Origin: Candidatus Nanohalobium constans
GTDB taxonomy: Archaea > Nanohalarchaeota > Nanosalinia > Nanosalinales > Nanosalinaceae
Direction of reading: 5' to 3'
Length of the DNA: 32,000 nucleotides
Assembly (NCBI RefSeq): GCF_009617975.1
Contig: NZ_CP040089.1
Location: 720,001 to 752,000 of the forward strand
The position numbers were made by a program, and so were the translations under genes. Positions 1 to 9,002 of this stretch are shown in pieces; the stretch's first letter is position 1, and each line of letters opens with the position of its first letter. Below the pieces are notes generated by a model. That model was not told where the DNA came from and did no database searches. It was given only the letters and a program-made list of their open reading frames with translations.

Positions 1-309
1 TATTCCATCTATCTCTTCTAAACCCTCTACTCCTTTCTCCTCCAGAACTTTAAGAAGTGTTTCTGCGTCATTCTCTGTCTCCCAGCCATTTTTTCTGTTC
101 AGTTCTTGCCAGTTGTATATTTCACAGTTTGCGGAAAGAATACCTTCCTCTTCGATCGGCTGTTCCAGTTCTCCGACTACAGAGTGCAGTACATGGCCTA
201 GAGTAAAGTTTTCTGTCTTTTGTGTTTGGCAGGAGCTGCCTCTATGCTGCATCTCATTGACAAGTTTCTCTACTGTTTCCTGGTTTTCTGCTCCTGCTAT
301 CCCACACAT
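1..309 (-). CDS. asnB: Asparagine synthase (glutamine-hydrolysing), N-terminal class-II amidotransferase domain. Only the 5' part is present; the gene runs off the left edge.
   Basis: Absent from the ORF track because no stop lies in the window. The reverse complement from the ATG at 309 reads MCGIAGAENQETVEKLVNEMQHRGSS...LGHVLHSVVGELEQP...ANCEIYNWQELN...NDAETLLKVLEEKG. The Met-Cys-Gly-Ile-Ala-Gly start (catalytic Cys2), the QP motif and the NGEIYN-like motif are AsnB/Ntn-GATase hallmarks. The frame stays open to position 1. Confidence 0.7.
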   Translation of the reverse strand, partial: MCGIAGAENQETVEKLVNEMQHRGSSCQTQKTENFTLGHVLHSVVGELEQPIEEEGILSANCEIYNWQELNRKNGWETENDAETLLKVLEEKGVEGLEEIDGI

Positions 310-348
310 ACTGGTTTCTGTTGCAGGGAATCTTTTTGAGTTTCCACT

Positions 349-573
349 TTGAAGTTTTCTCCAGGTGAATTTGAAGTGTACGATATTTTACGGGATGCTC
401 TACACGAGAACGGTGAAATCATGATCAGACTGAGTTCAGGTGAGGACAGAGAACTACATCTCCACAACACTGATTTTCTGGAGAACGGAATGGTTAAAGT
501 CGACGGAGACGACGAAATCCACTGGCTAAATCCTGACCATGTAGAGAGATACTGGATTCACGAAGACTTCTAA
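349..573 (+). CDS. Small acidic hypothetical protein (74 aa)
   Basis: ORF track, with a TTG start. The sequence is D/E/H-rich and looks globular, consistent with the local acidic proteome. No recognisable motif. Confidence 0.4.
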   Translation: MKFSPGEFEVYDILRDALHENGEIMIRLSSGEDRELHLHNTDFLENGMVKVDGDDEIHWLNPDHVERYWIHEDF

Positions 574-615
574 ACAATTTTACTCTTTTTCTCTACGAGA
601 TATCCCTGCTCTGGA

Positions 616-1401
616 TCAAACCTCGTAATCCGCACCAAAGTCACTCAAACCTTTCTGACTGTTGTCAATAGCTTCATAGGAGTTTATCACATCCGCCATT
701 TCCACGTCGACAAACTCCAGATCTCTTTCCTCTAGATAATCTAACACCTTATCCGTCATCTTTGGTGCAACAAGTATACCTCGGATACCTCCTTTAAATT
801 CATCCTCTATTTCATCGACATATCTCTGTAGCTGGAGAACAGTGTTGTAGTCCGGGTTGCGCTTAACTTCAATAACTACATAGCTGTCATCACTGTCTCG
901 GGCGAACACATCGATGAAACCGGCCGGAGTCTCCTTCTCCCTTTCAATAACCTTCAGCTCTTCTTCAACTATCCCAGGTTCCTCTTCTATGGCTTCGTGA
1001 ATATCTACTTCATCACCAGAAACCTTCAACTCAGATTTGTCCACCATCTGATCAACTGTCAACAATTCAATCTCCTCAAAACGGATCTCAACTACTTCTT
1101 CCGGATTAGTTCTCTTCGCCTCCAGAATCAGGTGCTTTTCTTCCTCATCAATTTCTACAGTGTAGGAATCGACTTCCGGCTGCCAGTTCTTCGGCTGATA
1201 GTTATCCGGGCCATGCACCAGAATCGCCGAATCCTGCTTCTTAATCACCAACCGCTCACCCCTATCAAGCTTCGACTTAGCCCTACCCTGATAATTGACG
1301 GCGCAGAGACCATTAATCTGGACAGTGTACTCCCTCTTCAGATACTCCGAGAGAATTTCTTCTGCTTCTGAGAAATCCGGGTTTTGAATTAGTTTTTCCA
1401 T
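616..1401 (-). CDS. nucS: Endonuclease NucS/EndoMS (mismatch- and branched-DNA-specific nuclease)
   Basis: 261 aa. The C-terminal RecB-like core GFIDVFARDSDDSYVVIEVKR...LQLQRYV...IRGILVAP matches the NucS nuclease domain. Length and two-domain layout fit. Confidence 0.85.
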   Translation of the reverse strand: MEKLIQNPDFSEAEEILSEYLKREYTVQINGLCAVNYQGRAKSKLDRGERLVIKKQDSAILVHGPDNYQPKNWQPEVDSYTVEIDEEEKHLILEAKRTNPEEVVEIRFEEIELLTVDQMVDKSELKVSGDEVDIHEAIEEEPGIVEEELKVIEREKETPAGFIDVFARDSDDSYVVIEVKRNPDYNTVLQLQRYVDEIEDEFKGGIRGILVAPKMTDKVLDYLEERDLEFVDVEMADVINSYEAIDNSQKGLSDFGADYEV

Positions 1402-1514
1402 GAATGTTAATAGTTAGATAAAATTAAGAGAGATAAACCCTATCTTCCAGATATCACTTATCAATGACAACATATATAAAAGTTTATTTATTTGGATCTA
1501 ATAAGGCGATTAAA

Positions 1515-2012
1515 ATGGGACAGAACGACTATACCAATAAACTTCGTGAATCATCAGAAAACCTTCAAAGAGCTGAGTCTGGACTAACTCATGGTGCAGT
1601 GAACTACGGTCCAAGTTCAATGAGCGAACCTACAAATCCTGGACCTTTAGTATTTCAGATGCCTGTTGCACTCAGAGAAGCAGCTGAATACTGTGAAGAT
1701 TTGGCAGAACAAACTGAGGAAGGGGGAAGACTGGATACAGTAAGAGAAATTCTAGGCAGGCCAACATCAGACGAAATAGCAACTCAGGAAATACCTGGAG
1801 ATCAAGTAAATTCGGTCTATGAGTCTACACAACCATTCAACGGTGAATTTACCTATAACGACTTTGAGCAGGCTGTACAAGCCTGGGACGAAGTTCATGA
1901 TTCAGAAACTTACGAGATGATAGAAGAACCAGGAGATGAATTTAGACCTATCGAACAGGTTCAAACTGCACTTGGTGAAGTTGCAACATTGCAGGACAGA
2001 ACTAATCTCTAA
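1515..2012 (+). CDS. Acidic hypothetical protein (165 aa from the ATG at 1515)
   Basis: The ORF track frame is 1464..2012. I prefer the ATG at 1515 because a TATA-like tatataaaa (1475-1483) would otherwise sit inside the ORF. No recognisable domain. Confidence 0.45.
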   Translation: MGQNDYTNKLRESSENLQRAESGLTHGAVNYGPSSMSEPTNPGPLVFQMPVALREAAEYCEDLAEQTEEGGRLDTVREILGRPTSDEIATQEIPGDQVNSVYESTQPFNGEFTYNDFEQAVQAWDEVHDSETYEMIEEPGDEFRPIEQVQTALGEVATLQDRTNL

Positions 2013-2059
2013 CTCTTCTTTCCCTTCCATTTTATCCATCTAATCTTCTATTCTAAATC

Positions 2060-2725
2060 ATGGACTACACAGTCAAGGAACTACCAGAGTCGGAGCGACC
2101 TAGAGAGAAATTAGAAGAACGAGGCGTTTCTGCTCTTTCGGATGTCGAGCTTCTTTCGATTATCATTAGGACTGGGATCCAGGGTAAGAATGTGAAGGAG
2201 TTGTCGGGTGAGATCTTGGATGAGGTTTCTCTTGATGGTTTGGCTGACAGGAGTTTGGATGAGTTGAAGGATTTTGATGGCATTTCAAGAGTGAAGGCAG
2301 GTCAGTTACTGGCTGCTGGAGAGCTGGGTAGAAGGATGAAGAGGACCGAGAAGGAGAGGATTGAGAGTTTCAGTGATGTCGAGTCTCAGGTTGAGGACAT
2401 GAAGTTCTTGGAGAGTGAGAGGGCACGAGTCTTCTATCTGAACTCCGGGAACGAAATAGTGGCCGAAAAGGAGTTTGATGGCAGTGTTTCTTCAGTGGAT
2501 CTTGAGATGCGTGAAATCTTTGAAGAAGGTCTGAGGTCTAATGCTTCTGCATTGATTTTGGCGCATAATCATCCTTCAGGTAAAGCTGATGCTACTGAAG
2601 AGGATTTAGAGTTTACCAAAGAGTTAATTAATCTTGGAGAAAAGTTGGATATCGGTATTTTGGATCATACGGTTGTTGGAGATGACATAACCAGTTTGAG
2701 GAAGAGTTCTGCTCTCTGGAAATAG
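2060..2725 (+). CDS. radC: RadC-like JAB/MPN domain protein (UPF0758)
   Basis: JAB motif ALILAHNHPSGKADATEEDLEFTKEL...ILDHTVVG, plus an N-terminal HhH-like region LSDVELLSIIIRTG. 221 aa, typical length. Confidence 0.85.
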   Translation: MDYTVKELPESERPREKLEERGVSALSDVELLSIIIRTGIQGKNVKELSGEILDEVSLDGLADRSLDELKDFDGISRVKAGQLLAAGELGRRMKRTEKERIESFSDVESQVEDMKFLESERARVFYLNSGNEIVAEKEFDGSVSSVDLEMREIFEEGLRSNASALILAHNHPSGKADATEEDLEFTKELINLGEKLDIGILDHTVVGDDITSLRKSSALWK

Positions 2726-2837
2726 GTCTCATTATATACCTTTCGGTGGTTTTCCCCACCCTATTTAAAGTTTACTCGAGCGGTCCTATATGTAGCTAAA
2801 ACAGTTTTCTAAGGCTGTCAAGAGTTGATTTCCAACC

Positions 2838-3074
2838 ATGGCGATAGACATTCGTGACCACCGGGCTGTTCCAGACCATCGCAAAATGACTGAAGACGAG
2901 ATCGAAGAAGTTCTCGAGAAATATGATGCGGACAAAAGTGATTTGCCGAAGATAGAGCGCACTGACGCCGCATTAAAGCAGATGGATGTCGAAGTTGGCG
3001 ATGTTATAGAGATAGAAAGAGACAGTCCTACAGCCGGAAAAACCACTTACTACAGAAGAGTTATCGAAAGATAA
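2838..3074 (+). CDS. rpoH: DNA-directed RNA polymerase subunit H (Rpo5)
   Basis: 78 aa. HRAVPDHRKMTEDEIEEVLEKY...LPKIERTDAA...GDVIEIERDSPTAGKTTYYRRVI matches the RpoH signature. Lies immediately upstream of rpoB. Confidence 0.9.
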   Translation: MAIDIRDHRAVPDHRKMTEDEIEEVLEKYDADKSDLPKIERTDAALKQMDVEVGDVIEIERDSPTAGKTTYYRRVIER

Positions 3075-3098
3075 CCGAGTTTCTCAGGTGAAAAAATA

Positions 3099-4556
3099 AT
3101 GAAGGAAGAGTTCTTAGAGCAGATGATTGATAGAAATGTTGTAAAACACCAGATTGAATCCTACAACCGTTTTGTTGAAGAAAGGATTCAAGCGATTCTA
3201 AACGAAGTTGGTTCAATCGAACCAGAACTTCCAGACGGAGAGGACCTCGTCATAAAGATAGTAGATGTTGATATCGAAAGACCTAAGATCAACGAAGCAG
3301 ACGGTTCTGTAAGAAAAATTACACCTAGAGAAGCACGAATGCGAGACCTAACATACTCCTCAGAGATCAAGGTCCAGATGACACCGATCTTCGAAGGAGT
3401 CAAACAGGAATCCGAAGAAGTCACAATCGGAGAAATCCCAGTCATGATTGGATCCGACCTTTGCTGGACCTCAGAATGGGACGACGAAGAAAAGCGGAGA
3501 AATGGTGAAGATCCGGAAGATACAGGAGGATACTTCATCATTAACGGTTCCGAGAAGACAATCGTCTCCATGGAAGAAATGGCAGACAACAAGCCGATCT
3601 ACCAAGAAGACGATGGAGAACAGACCTGTAGAATCAACTCTGAGAACTCAGGATATGTCCAGAGACATCAACTAGTCAGAGACAAGGATATTGTAGAGAT
3701 CTCATTCGCTAATGTGAAGAATACTCCAGCGATCGCATTGATCAGAGCTCTAGGCTACGAGACTGACAAGGAAATCGTAGAAGCGATCGGAGAAGAATAC
3801 TCTTCAGATGTATACCTCAACCTGTACGAGGTAGATGCCTCGAACCAGGAAGAAGCATATGAATATGTAGGAAGACAGGCAGGAATCACATCAGATGTCC
3901 AGGAGAGAGTCGACAAAATACTAGACGAATATCTTCTACCACACCTAGGACAGGAACCAGACTCGAGAGAAGACAAGGCAGAGCTTCTTGCATCCATGAT
4001 CAGAAATGTGATCGCGCTCGGAAAAGGCGACATCACAGAAGACGACATGGACCACTATGCCAACAAAAGACTAAACTTGGCAGGAGAACTCCTAGAAATG
4101 CAGTTCAGATCTGTTTTCCTAGGAAAATGGGGATTGGTCGCAAGAATGAAATACAACTTCCAGAAAAGTGCAAAAAGAGGAAGACTACCAAGCCTTCAGT
4201 CCACAGTTGTATCAGACACGCTCAACAAACAGATTATGGGAGCAATGGCAACAGGAAACTGGGTAGGAGGAAGAACAGGAGTATGCCAGAGCCTGGAGAG
4301 AAACAATCGTATCAAGACGCTGGCACACCTCAGAAACATCGTCTCACCGCTTTCAGCTGACAGACAGCACTTCGAGGCAAGAGACCTTCACCCAACACAC
4401 TGGGGTAGAATCTGTCCAATCAAGACTCCGGAAGGTATGAACATCGGACTGAGAACCCACCTAGCGATGTCCGCGAATGTTTCAACCGGAATGAGCAAGA
4501 TGGAGAAAAACTCTCTAGAGATGAAGCTTGAAGAAACAGGGATCGAGGTCGAATAG
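3099..4556 (+). CDS. rpoB2: DNA-directed RNA polymerase subunit B'' (N-terminal half of split Rpo2)
   Basis: 485 aa with Rpb2 N-terminal (protrusion/lobe/fork) homology: GGYFIINGSEKTIV, HPTHWGRICPIKTPEGMNIGL. AGGTGA Shine-Dalgarno upstream. Confidence 0.95.
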   Translation: MKEEFLEQMIDRNVVKHQIESYNRFVEERIQAILNEVGSIEPELPDGEDLVIKIVDVDIERPKINEADGSVRKITPREARMRDLTYSSEIKVQMTPIFEGVKQESEEVTIGEIPVMIGSDLCWTSEWDDEEKRRNGEDPEDTGGYFIINGSEKTIVSMEEMADNKPIYQEDDGEQTCRINSENSGYVQRHQLVRDKDIVEISFANVKNTPAIALIRALGYETDKEIVEAIGEEYSSDVYLNLYEVDASNQEEAYEYVGRQAGITSDVQERVDKILDEYLLPHLGQEPDSREDKAELLASMIRNVIALGKGDITEDDMDHYANKRLNLAGELLEMQFRSVFLGKWGLVARMKYNFQKSAKRGRLPSLQSTVVSDTLNKQIMGAMATGNWVGGRTGVCQSLERNNRIKTLAHLRNIVSPLSADRQHFEARDLHPTHWGRICPIKTPEGMNIGLRTHLAMSANVSTGMSKMEKNSLEMKLEETGIEVE

Positions 4557-4568
4557 AGGTTGATTAAA

Positions 4569-4646
4569 ATGAGCAAAATTGATACTATGAAGCTTAAATC
4601 GAAAATTGGAAATCTTAAGACACGATTCAGTGAGGTGCTTCACTGA
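4569..4646 (+). CDS. Candidate 25-aa micro-ORF in the rpoB''/rpoB' spacer (MSKIDTMKLKSKIGNLKTRFSEVLH)
   Basis: Read by hand; below the ORF-track threshold. GAGGT lies 8 nt upstream of the ATG, in the start context TAAAATGAGCAA, nearly identical to the rps7 start. Its TGA stop overlaps the rpoB' ATG (TGATG). Basic peptide in an acidic proteome. Confidence 0.25.
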   Translation: MSKIDTMKLKSKIGNLKTRFSEVLH

Positions 4647-6445
4647 TGACAGATGTATTCCTAGACGGACAAATCCTTGGCGATATCGACGACCCTGAAG
4701 AAATAAGAGAAGAAATCATCGATAGAAGACGACAGGGAGATATCCAGAAAGAAGTCTCAATCTACTACGCAGAAGACAAGGATGAGATCCGGATCAACAC
4801 AGATGCAGGAAGAGTACTAAGACCTGTAATCATCGTTGAGGACGGAGAACCTCAGCTTACAGAAGAAGATGTTGAAAAACTGGCTGAAGGAGAAGTTACC
4901 TTGGAAGACTTCGAGGAAGAAGGAAAAATCGAGTACATGGACGCAGAGGAAGAGGAGAACGCCTATGTCGCCATGGAAAGAGAAGAAATCACAGAAGAAC
5001 ATACACACCTAGACATCGACCCAGAGATCATCAACGGGCTATCTGCTTCCCTAGTTGTTTATCCTGAACACAATCGTGGTGACCGTGTAAACTTCGGTGC
5101 TAAGATGTCAGGACAGAGCCTGGGAATGCCTACAAGAGATTTCCACCAAAGATTTGAAACACGATCAAACATCCTAACATACCCTCAGCAGCCTATCGTT
5201 GAGACAAATACATTCAACAGTATTCTCGGAGACCATCCGATCGCACAGAACATGGTTATCGCATTAGCATCCTTCGACGGATACAACATCGAGGACGCAG
5301 TCATAATGAACAAAGCCTCAGTCGAAAGAGGAACAGGACGATCAACCTACATGCGTACTTACAAGACAGAAGCTCAGAGATACTGGGGAGGACAGAAAGA
5401 CGAGATCGGAATCCCAGACAAAGATGTCAGAGGATACAGAAGAGAAGAAGTCTACGGCCACCTAGACGAAGACGGACTAGCCAACCCAGAAACAGAAGTA
5501 GATTCAGACGATGTACTAGTCGGAAAGACATCTCCACCAAAATTCCTTGGATCCGGAGGAGCAGAAGAAGTACAGATGGGACTGGCAGACAGAAGAGAAA
5601 CCTCTCTAACTGTCAGACACGGAGAACAAGGAAAAGTCGACAAAGTAATGGTCTCAGAGACAGGAGACGGAGACAAACTCATCAAGACAAAGATGAGAGA
5701 GTACAGAATCCCGGAACTCGGTGACAAGTTCGCAACAAGACACGGACAGAAAGGTACAATCGGAATGCTTGCACCGGAAGAAAACATGCCATTCACAAAG
5801 CAGGGAATTACCCCTGACATGATCATGTCGACTCACGCTATCCCAAGCCGTATGACAGTGTCACAGATAATCGAATTAATCGGAGGGAAAGTCGGAGCGC
5901 TTCGTGGAGAGCCAGTAGACGGTTCAGCATACCACAACGAAGACAAAGACAAACTAAGAGACCAACTGGAAGAGCTAGGATTTGAATCTTCCGGTAAAGA
6001 GACGATGTACAACGGTGTAACCGGTGAAGAGATGGAAGCAGAGATCATGATCGGTCCAGGTTACTACATGAAGCTAAGCCACATGGTTGGAGACAAGGTC
6101 CACGCAAGAGGAAGAGGACCTGTCACACTTCTAACCAAGCAGCCGACCGAAGGAAGAAGCCAGGAAGGTGGACTCCGCCTCGGAGAGATGGAAAAGGATG
6201 TCTTCGTAGGACACGGAGCATCCCTGCTACTCAAGGAAAGATTCGGAGCAGACGAGACAGAAATCAAGGTCTGTGAGAACTGTGGAGAGATAGCGATCCA
6301 TGACAGAGAAGAGAATGAAGAGTACTGTCCAAACTGTGAATCCGGAGATCTGGACGAGACAGAGATCCCACATGCATTCCTCCTACTGATGAACGAGCTA
6401 AAATCCATGATGATGGATACAGAGATCGAACTGGAGGACAACTAG
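4646..6445 (+). CDS. rpoB1: DNA-directed RNA polymerase subunit B' (C-terminal half of split Rpo2)
   Basis: 599 aa. Rpb2 catalytic-region motifs GYNIEDA, GDKFATRHGQKGT, RGPV..LT.QP.EGR...GGLR.GEME. C-terminal zinc ribbon CENCG...CPNC. Confidence 0.95.
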   Translation: MTDVFLDGQILGDIDDPEEIREEIIDRRRQGDIQKEVSIYYAEDKDEIRINTDAGRVLRPVIIVEDGEPQLTEEDVEKLAEGEVTLEDFEEEGKIEYMDAEEEENAYVAMEREEITEEHTHLDIDPEIINGLSASLVVYPEHNRGDRVNFGAKMSGQSLGMPTRDFHQRFETRSNILTYPQQPIVETNTFNSILGDHPIAQNMVIALASFDGYNIEDAVIMNKASVERGTGRSTYMRTYKTEAQRYWGGQKDEIGIPDKDVRGYRREEVYGHLDEDGLANPETEVDSDDVLVGKTSPPKFLGSGGAEEVQMGLADRRETSLTVRHGEQGKVDKVMVSETGDGDKLIKTKMREYRIPELGDKFATRHGQKGTIGMLAPEENMPFTKQGITPDMIMSTHAIPSRMTVSQIIELIGGKVGALRGEPVDGSAYHNEDKDKLRDQLEELGFESSGKETMYNGVTGEEMEAEIMIGPGYYMKLSHMVGDKVHARGRGPVTLLTKQPTEGRSQEGGLRLGEMEKDVFVGHGASLLLKERFGADETEIKVCENCGEIAIHDREENEEYCPNCESGDLDETEIPHAFLLLMNELKSMMMDTEIELEDN

Positions 6446-6457
6446 AGGTGATTATTC

Positions 6458-8941
6458 ATGAAGAGCATTAAAGAACTTGACTTCGGAGTAATGAGCGCAG
6501 AAAAGCTTCAAAACATCGCAGTAAAGGAAATTGATCAGGCTGAAGTCTACGACGCAGACGGATACCCTGTAGAAGACGGAGTAATGGATCCAGGACTCGG
6601 AGTCATCGACCCAGGAATGACCTGCCAGACATGTGGAGGAAAAATAAGGGAATGTAAAGGACACTTCGGCCTAATTACCCTTTCACGGCCAGTAGTCCAT
6701 GTGCTTTACTCCAAGAAAGTTAGAAACCTTCTCAGATTCACAAATGTCCACGACGACGGCAGTGTTTCATGCCTACTCAAGGACGAAGACAAGAGCTTGA
6801 GAAAAAGCAACAGGATGAACGAAGACCCTGAGACAGGAGAAGAAATCTCAGACATCGACTTCGAAAAACCATACACATACTATCAAGACGGTGAGAAGAT
6901 TACACCTCAGGAGATCCAGGAATGGCTTTCAGAAATACCTGACGAGATGGCAGCCAAGCTAGGAGTGGAAGGATGTAGACCGGAAGATCTAGTACTCACT
7001 CATCTACCTGTACCTCCTGTAACGATGAGACCTTCAATCACTCTGGAGACAGGTGAAAGAAGTGAGGACGACATCACACACAAACTAGTAGATGTCATCA
7101 GGATTAACAAGCGACTTCAGAACAACATCGAGATCGAGGCGCCTGACTTCATCATCGACGACCTTCACGAACTGCTGCAGTACCATGTTGCAACACTATT
7201 CTACAACGACATGAGCAGCGTGCCCCCAGCACGACACAGATCCGGCAGAAGCCTCAAATCATTGATTGAAAGAGTCCAAGGAAAGCAGGGACGTTTCAGA
7301 CAGAACCTGATCGGAAAGAGAGTCAACTTCTCCGCCCGTACAGTAATCACTCCAGATCCAAACATTGGGATCAACGAAGTCGGAGTGCCGTATGTAATCG
7401 CACAAAAGTTGACAGTTCCGAAGAAAATCACAGAGGACAACTACGATCAGGCGATGGAATGGATTGAAAACGGTCCAGATAGCCATCCAGGCGCCAACTA
7501 TGTATTCCAGCCCGATGGCAACAGGAGAAGACTGACTGAAGAAAACAAAGAAGAAATAATGGAAGCAATTGAACCAGGACAAGGATGGAAAGTTGAGAGA
7601 CATCTTTCAGACGGTGATACAGTACTGTTCAACCGTCAGCCATCTCTGCACAGAATGTCTATAATGGCTCACAAGGTCAGAGTTCTTCCTCATAGAACAT
7701 TCCGTTTGAACCTGAATGTCTGTGCACCTTACAACGCAGACTTCGACGGTGACGAGATGAACCTGCATGTCCCACAGACGGAGGAAGCACGGGCAGAAGC
7801 AGAAGAACTGATGAAGGTCCAGGAACATGTCAAATCTCCAAAGATGGGAGGACCGATCATCGGTATGCTTCAGGACTATGTATCAGGACTTTACCTACTG
7901 ACACAGGAAGACAAAGAACTTGACAGAGAGAAAGCATTCAACATCCTGGCTGAAGCAGGAGAACACACAAGAGACCTTCCAGAAGGAGACACAGTCTCAG
8001 GAAGAGACCTTGTATCAATCTTCATCCCAGATGACATCTCCCTGACAATCAATGAAGGAGAAGACAACGAAGTAGTAATCGAAGACGGTGAACTCGTCAA
8101 AGGAATACTTGACGACGACGCAGTCAGTGACTACGGTGGAGAAATCATCCAGCAGCTAAGCATCGAATACGGAAGCGACATGGTTGCAGAATTCATCAAC
8201 CGTGTCTCAAGAGTCGGAGCAATCTTCCTGACAAAGAGAGGATTCAGCATCGGACTCGAAGACCTAGAAGTATCAGACGAAGCAACAGAGAAGATTCAAG
8301 CAGAAATCGACGATGCACTTGACGAGACAGAAGATCTGCTTCAGGAATACGAACAAGGTAAGATGGAGGCAATCACAGGTAAGACTCTAGAGCAGTCTAG
8401 AGAGATCAGGATTACCAAAGCACTCAACGGTGCTTTCACAGAGGCAGGAGAAATCATCACAGACAACTTCGATGAAGATTCCAGTGCATTCGTCATGGCA
8501 GACTCCGGAGCAAGAGGTTCAATGCAGAGCCTTGTAGCGATGGCAGGAGTCATCGGACAGAACTCCGTAAGAGACCAGAGAATCGAAAGAGGATACAAAG
8601 GAAGAACCCTTTCACACTTCAAGAAAGGTGAGCTTTCAGCTAAATCCAAAGGATTCGTATCCTCCAGTATCCTGGAAGGACTGGATGCACAGGAGATGTT
8701 CTTCCACCAGATGAGCCAGAGAAAGGCACTGATGGACAAGTCACTCCGTACCAAGACATCTGGATACATGTACAGGCGTGTCTCCAACGCACTACAGGAC
8801 CTCAAAGTCGAATACGACCAATCCGTCCGCAACGCACAGGGAGACATCATCCAGTTCCGTGCAGGTGAAGACGGAATCGATCCAGGCAAGTCCGACAGAG
8901 GTAAAATCTCAACAAACATTTCCACAAACCAAGGTGAATAA
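6458..8941 (+). CDS. rpoA1: DNA-directed RNA polymerase subunit A' (Rpo1N)
   Basis: 827 aa. CQTCGGKIRECKGHFG zinc site, LPVPPVTMRPS, catalytic NADFDGDEMNLH. GAGGTGA Shine-Dalgarno upstream. Confidence 0.95.
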   Translation: MKSIKELDFGVMSAEKLQNIAVKEIDQAEVYDADGYPVEDGVMDPGLGVIDPGMTCQTCGGKIRECKGHFGLITLSRPVVHVLYSKKVRNLLRFTNVHDDGSVSCLLKDEDKSLRKSNRMNEDPETGEEISDIDFEKPYTYYQDGEKITPQEIQEWLSEIPDEMAAKLGVEGCRPEDLVLTHLPVPPVTMRPSITLETGERSEDDITHKLVDVIRINKRLQNNIEIEAPDFIIDDLHELLQYHVATLFYNDMSSVPPARHRSGRSLKSLIERVQGKQGRFRQNLIGKRVNFSARTVITPDPNIGINEVGVPYVIAQKLTVPKKITEDNYDQAMEWIENGPDSHPGANYVFQPDGNRRRLTEENKEEIMEAIEPGQGWKVERHLSDGDTVLFNRQPSLHRMSIMAHKVRVLPHRTFRLNLNVCAPYNADFDGDEMNLHVPQTEEARAEAEELMKVQEHVKSPKMGGPIIGMLQDYVSGLYLLTQEDKELDREKAFNILAEAGEHTRDLPEGDTVSGRDLVSIFIPDDISLTINEGEDNEVVIEDGELVKGILDDDAVSDYGGEIIQQLSIEYGSDMVAEFINRVSRVGAIFLTKRGFSIGLEDLEVSDEATEKIQAEIDDALDETEDLLQEYEQGKMEAITGKTLEQSREIRITKALNGAFTEAGEIITDNFDEDSSAFVMADSGARGSMQSLVAMAGVIGQNSVRDQRIERGYKGRTLSHFKKGELSAKSKGFVSSSILEGLDAQEMFFHQMSQRKALMDKSLRTKTSGYMYRRVSNALQDLKVEYDQSVRNAQGDIIQFRAGEDGIDPGKSDRGKISTNISTNQGE

Positions 8942-8942
8942 A

Positions 8943-9002
8943 ATGACGAAATTCAAACACGAATTTCTGGCATTCCAAGAAACACGAGGTGTTTCGGAAT
9001 AA
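8943..9002 (+). CDS. Candidate 19-aa micro-ORF in the rpoA'/rpoA'' spacer (MTKFKHEFLAFQETRGVSE)
   Basis: Read by hand. AGGTGA lies 5 nt upstream, in start context TAAAATGA. Its TAA stop overlaps the rpoA'' ATG (TAATG). Same architecture as the 4569..4646 micro-ORF. Confidence 0.25.
   Translation: MTKFKHEFLAFQETRGVSE

Noticed and set aside
113-352. 79-aa plus-strand ORF
   Set aside because: It lies antisense to the clearly recognisable asnB N-terminus (MCGIAG...). It is Cys/Ser-rich and non-acidic, so it is a shadow ORF.
997-1371. 124-aa plus-strand ORF inside nucS
   Set aside because: Antisense shadow of nucS. Basic, Leu/Phe/Ile-rich and low-complexity, unlike the acidic proteome.
1464-1514. 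Upstream ATG start for the 1464..2012 ORF
   Set aside because: A TATA-like tatataaaa would then lie inside the coding region. The ATG at 1515 fits the ~30-nt TATA-to-ATG spacing seen at other genes here. Not proven.
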